Shown here in pieces: positions 63,401-64,000 of a DNA stretch of 64,000 bases. The translations under genes were made by a program, and so were the position numbers. This DNA comes from a virus. Below the pieces are notes generated by a model that saw only the letters and a program-made list of their open reading frames with translations, did not search any database and was not told the DNA's origin. Positions within the stretch are counted from its first letter, which is position 1; each line of letters opens with the position of its first letter. The DNA lies in the IMG/VR virus record IMGVR_UViG_3300029267_003762, positions 28,247 to 92,246 of that record, one strand, 5' to 3'.

Positions 63401-64000
63401 AACGCGGCCAGGGACGCGAACACCATGGAGTCCCGGCGCGAGATGGCCAAGGGCGCTCAGAAGTACGGCAAGATCGCTGAAAAGAAGATGGAGGAGTTTG
63501 CCGATCTTGGTGTGGTAGGCGCGGACGGCAAGCTGAGCAAGGAGTTCTTGAAGAGCCTGTCTCCGGAAGCCGCGCAGCTTGCTGGGGCCATGGTGGGCGC
63601 AGAGAGGGCCATGGCAGGAGGAGCGTTCGCTGACACCACGGACGAGGGCATGGCCATTGCTTCTGGAGCCTTCTCCGGCGCCGAGGAGCAGTACGGTCGG
63701 ATGGACCGGTTCCTTGCCAACGCATCTTCTGCTCAGCTCAAGGAGATGGAGGAGTCGTTCCGAGGCGCCGAGGGCGGTGCCTTTGGTTTGCGGGCGGTAC
63801 GGGGCGAGATGACGGGTCGCCGGGCGGCCATGCGGGCGACGAGAGGGGGCCGCGCCGCCGGGATGGACGCGGCTAAGATCTTCGGGGGCAACAAGAAAAC
63901 CCAGAGAGAGGTTCAGAATCTTGTTGCGTCCGGAAGGGTTGAGGAAGCCGTAGAGGTTCTATCCGCAGAAAGCGGAGCCGACTTCAGTACGGAAGAGCGC
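60452..64000 (+). CDS. Tape-measure-like protein (3' truncated)
   Basis: ATG 60452; Gly/Ala/Met/Gln-rich helical ORF that appears open to the window end (both ends read in the same frame; absent from the ORF track, consistent with no stop). Confidence 0.7.
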   Translation, partial: MWSHEISALNGQFQQQAMMQTAMAQQMTMGRMPGAQADMLTGMAVNHAQAIGSPILSTAAGLTGLDSPMSGAITGGMFGMALGPVGAVAGAGIGAGMGAIGSVGMGAAQFAAGNFMQGMQQQQGLNMMMRQQYGGMGMTRSQMGQTGAAIREMTHDVMPGGQMLGYEQLQGLASNMGRMGFTQTLTDVRQFSQKFREMIDTLKTVSQDLGTSLENAQQMVVSMRGSGLFQKADQLRMSAQVRQNALSGVSIQETTQMANIGSQISRSIGGLGRQGAVAGARTIGQVGAAQRAGVISEEDIYNVTGLTGSEGRTAYAQQMLSMDARFLRGGLGRRLMASMASENAGEIDEEAFDSFMSGGFSTGETMGQARPRAARLGRASFIRNEGRLRGSLLEKGGGGLALRAFQGWLGSRGMDVYGMDDRAKIFAQRRLGLGREEIDVMTQQLRRMGDVNQFMESQREQDSFQREQISERNRTGVEGMKRSFDQFRHRVQSSIQEVGAKTYNDMSGWVEDQLNRMFGTYSEEIDAQMNEAFASFRSSKGQSFYANQRINQLQTAAGGFGRGINAPTQFSAGFGGGPTDVDAYRAMAQGGSMMGRVQGWLNENTALGMPNAEERTGFRFKYDPSKGGSESEQFRSFKRRVTAANQGARAVIDKSVTASAAAARDQIWSVGFLDKLSKTQGEDKLALIESQIANVPGMGDVNKEIDRLKSEGKRLDAEIENTRDPAKRAALEEKKNGLLARRMNISQSVAAGATGVTSLGFSGKSPFAAMGMAGMSRRDRMSAYGEAMMYGDDAMKRDEQIAGEGVDALALGGAGMLLELGDRLGVFREGKDKAFSAGGWRKAFESTPMGAASPVFSKGLDWLKGATADVRSRLRGGMGRGAMESELAGLITGTEGRGMMATALTGGERQSQALLARVRREMAGEAGKDSARKKMLGIIGAAAEIRKINDPTSRLSKKEKQERLQKVAEDYGFESADEMQNVVNAARDANTMESRREMAKGAQKYGKIAEKKMEEFADLGVVGADGKLSKEFLKSLSPEAAQLAGAMVGAERAMAGGAFADTTDEGMAIASGAFSGAEEQYGRMDRFLANASSAQLKEMEESFRGAEGGAFGLRAVRGEMTGRRAAMRATRGGRAAGMDAAKIFGGNKKTQREVQNLVASGRVEEAVEVLSAESGADFSTEER

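Overview
GC-rich large (jumbo-type) contractile-tailed phage or prophage segment with no host housekeeping genes, read in the standard genetic code. 1-2.0 kb: end of a putative tail-fibre or receptor module. 2.05-2.7 kb: a cluster of structured RNAs (three 31-nt-period hairpins, a folded leader and two tRNA-like genes with aberrant anticodon arms). 2.7-20 kb: mostly minus-strand accessory genes, including a PTH2 peptidyl-tRNA hydrolase, an intein-containing CHAP amidase, an SLT-like hydrolase, a MazG-like NTP pyrophosphatase and an ATP-dependent DNA ligase. 20-45 kb: morphogenesis genes (terminase large subunit, intein-containing putative prohead protease, major capsid, neck, tail sheath, tail tube). 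45-60 kb: dual-specificity phosphatase, papain-like protease, glucosaminidase, tail chaperone with a -1 frameshift site, GroES and many small ORFs. 60.4 kb to the end: tape-measure-like gene. The most notable feature is a solo Cas7/RAMP-like gene (10201-11094, minus strand) next to a ~1.06 kb non-coding array (11141-12203). The array is built from 5-nt units (NNN-GG on +, CC-NNN on -) punctuated about 35 times by GTCG at 5n+2 intervals. It is not a CRISPR array and is a strong candidate for a phage-encoded RNA-guided system with a non-contiguous guide code. All product calls come from motif recognition by eye; no database search was run.
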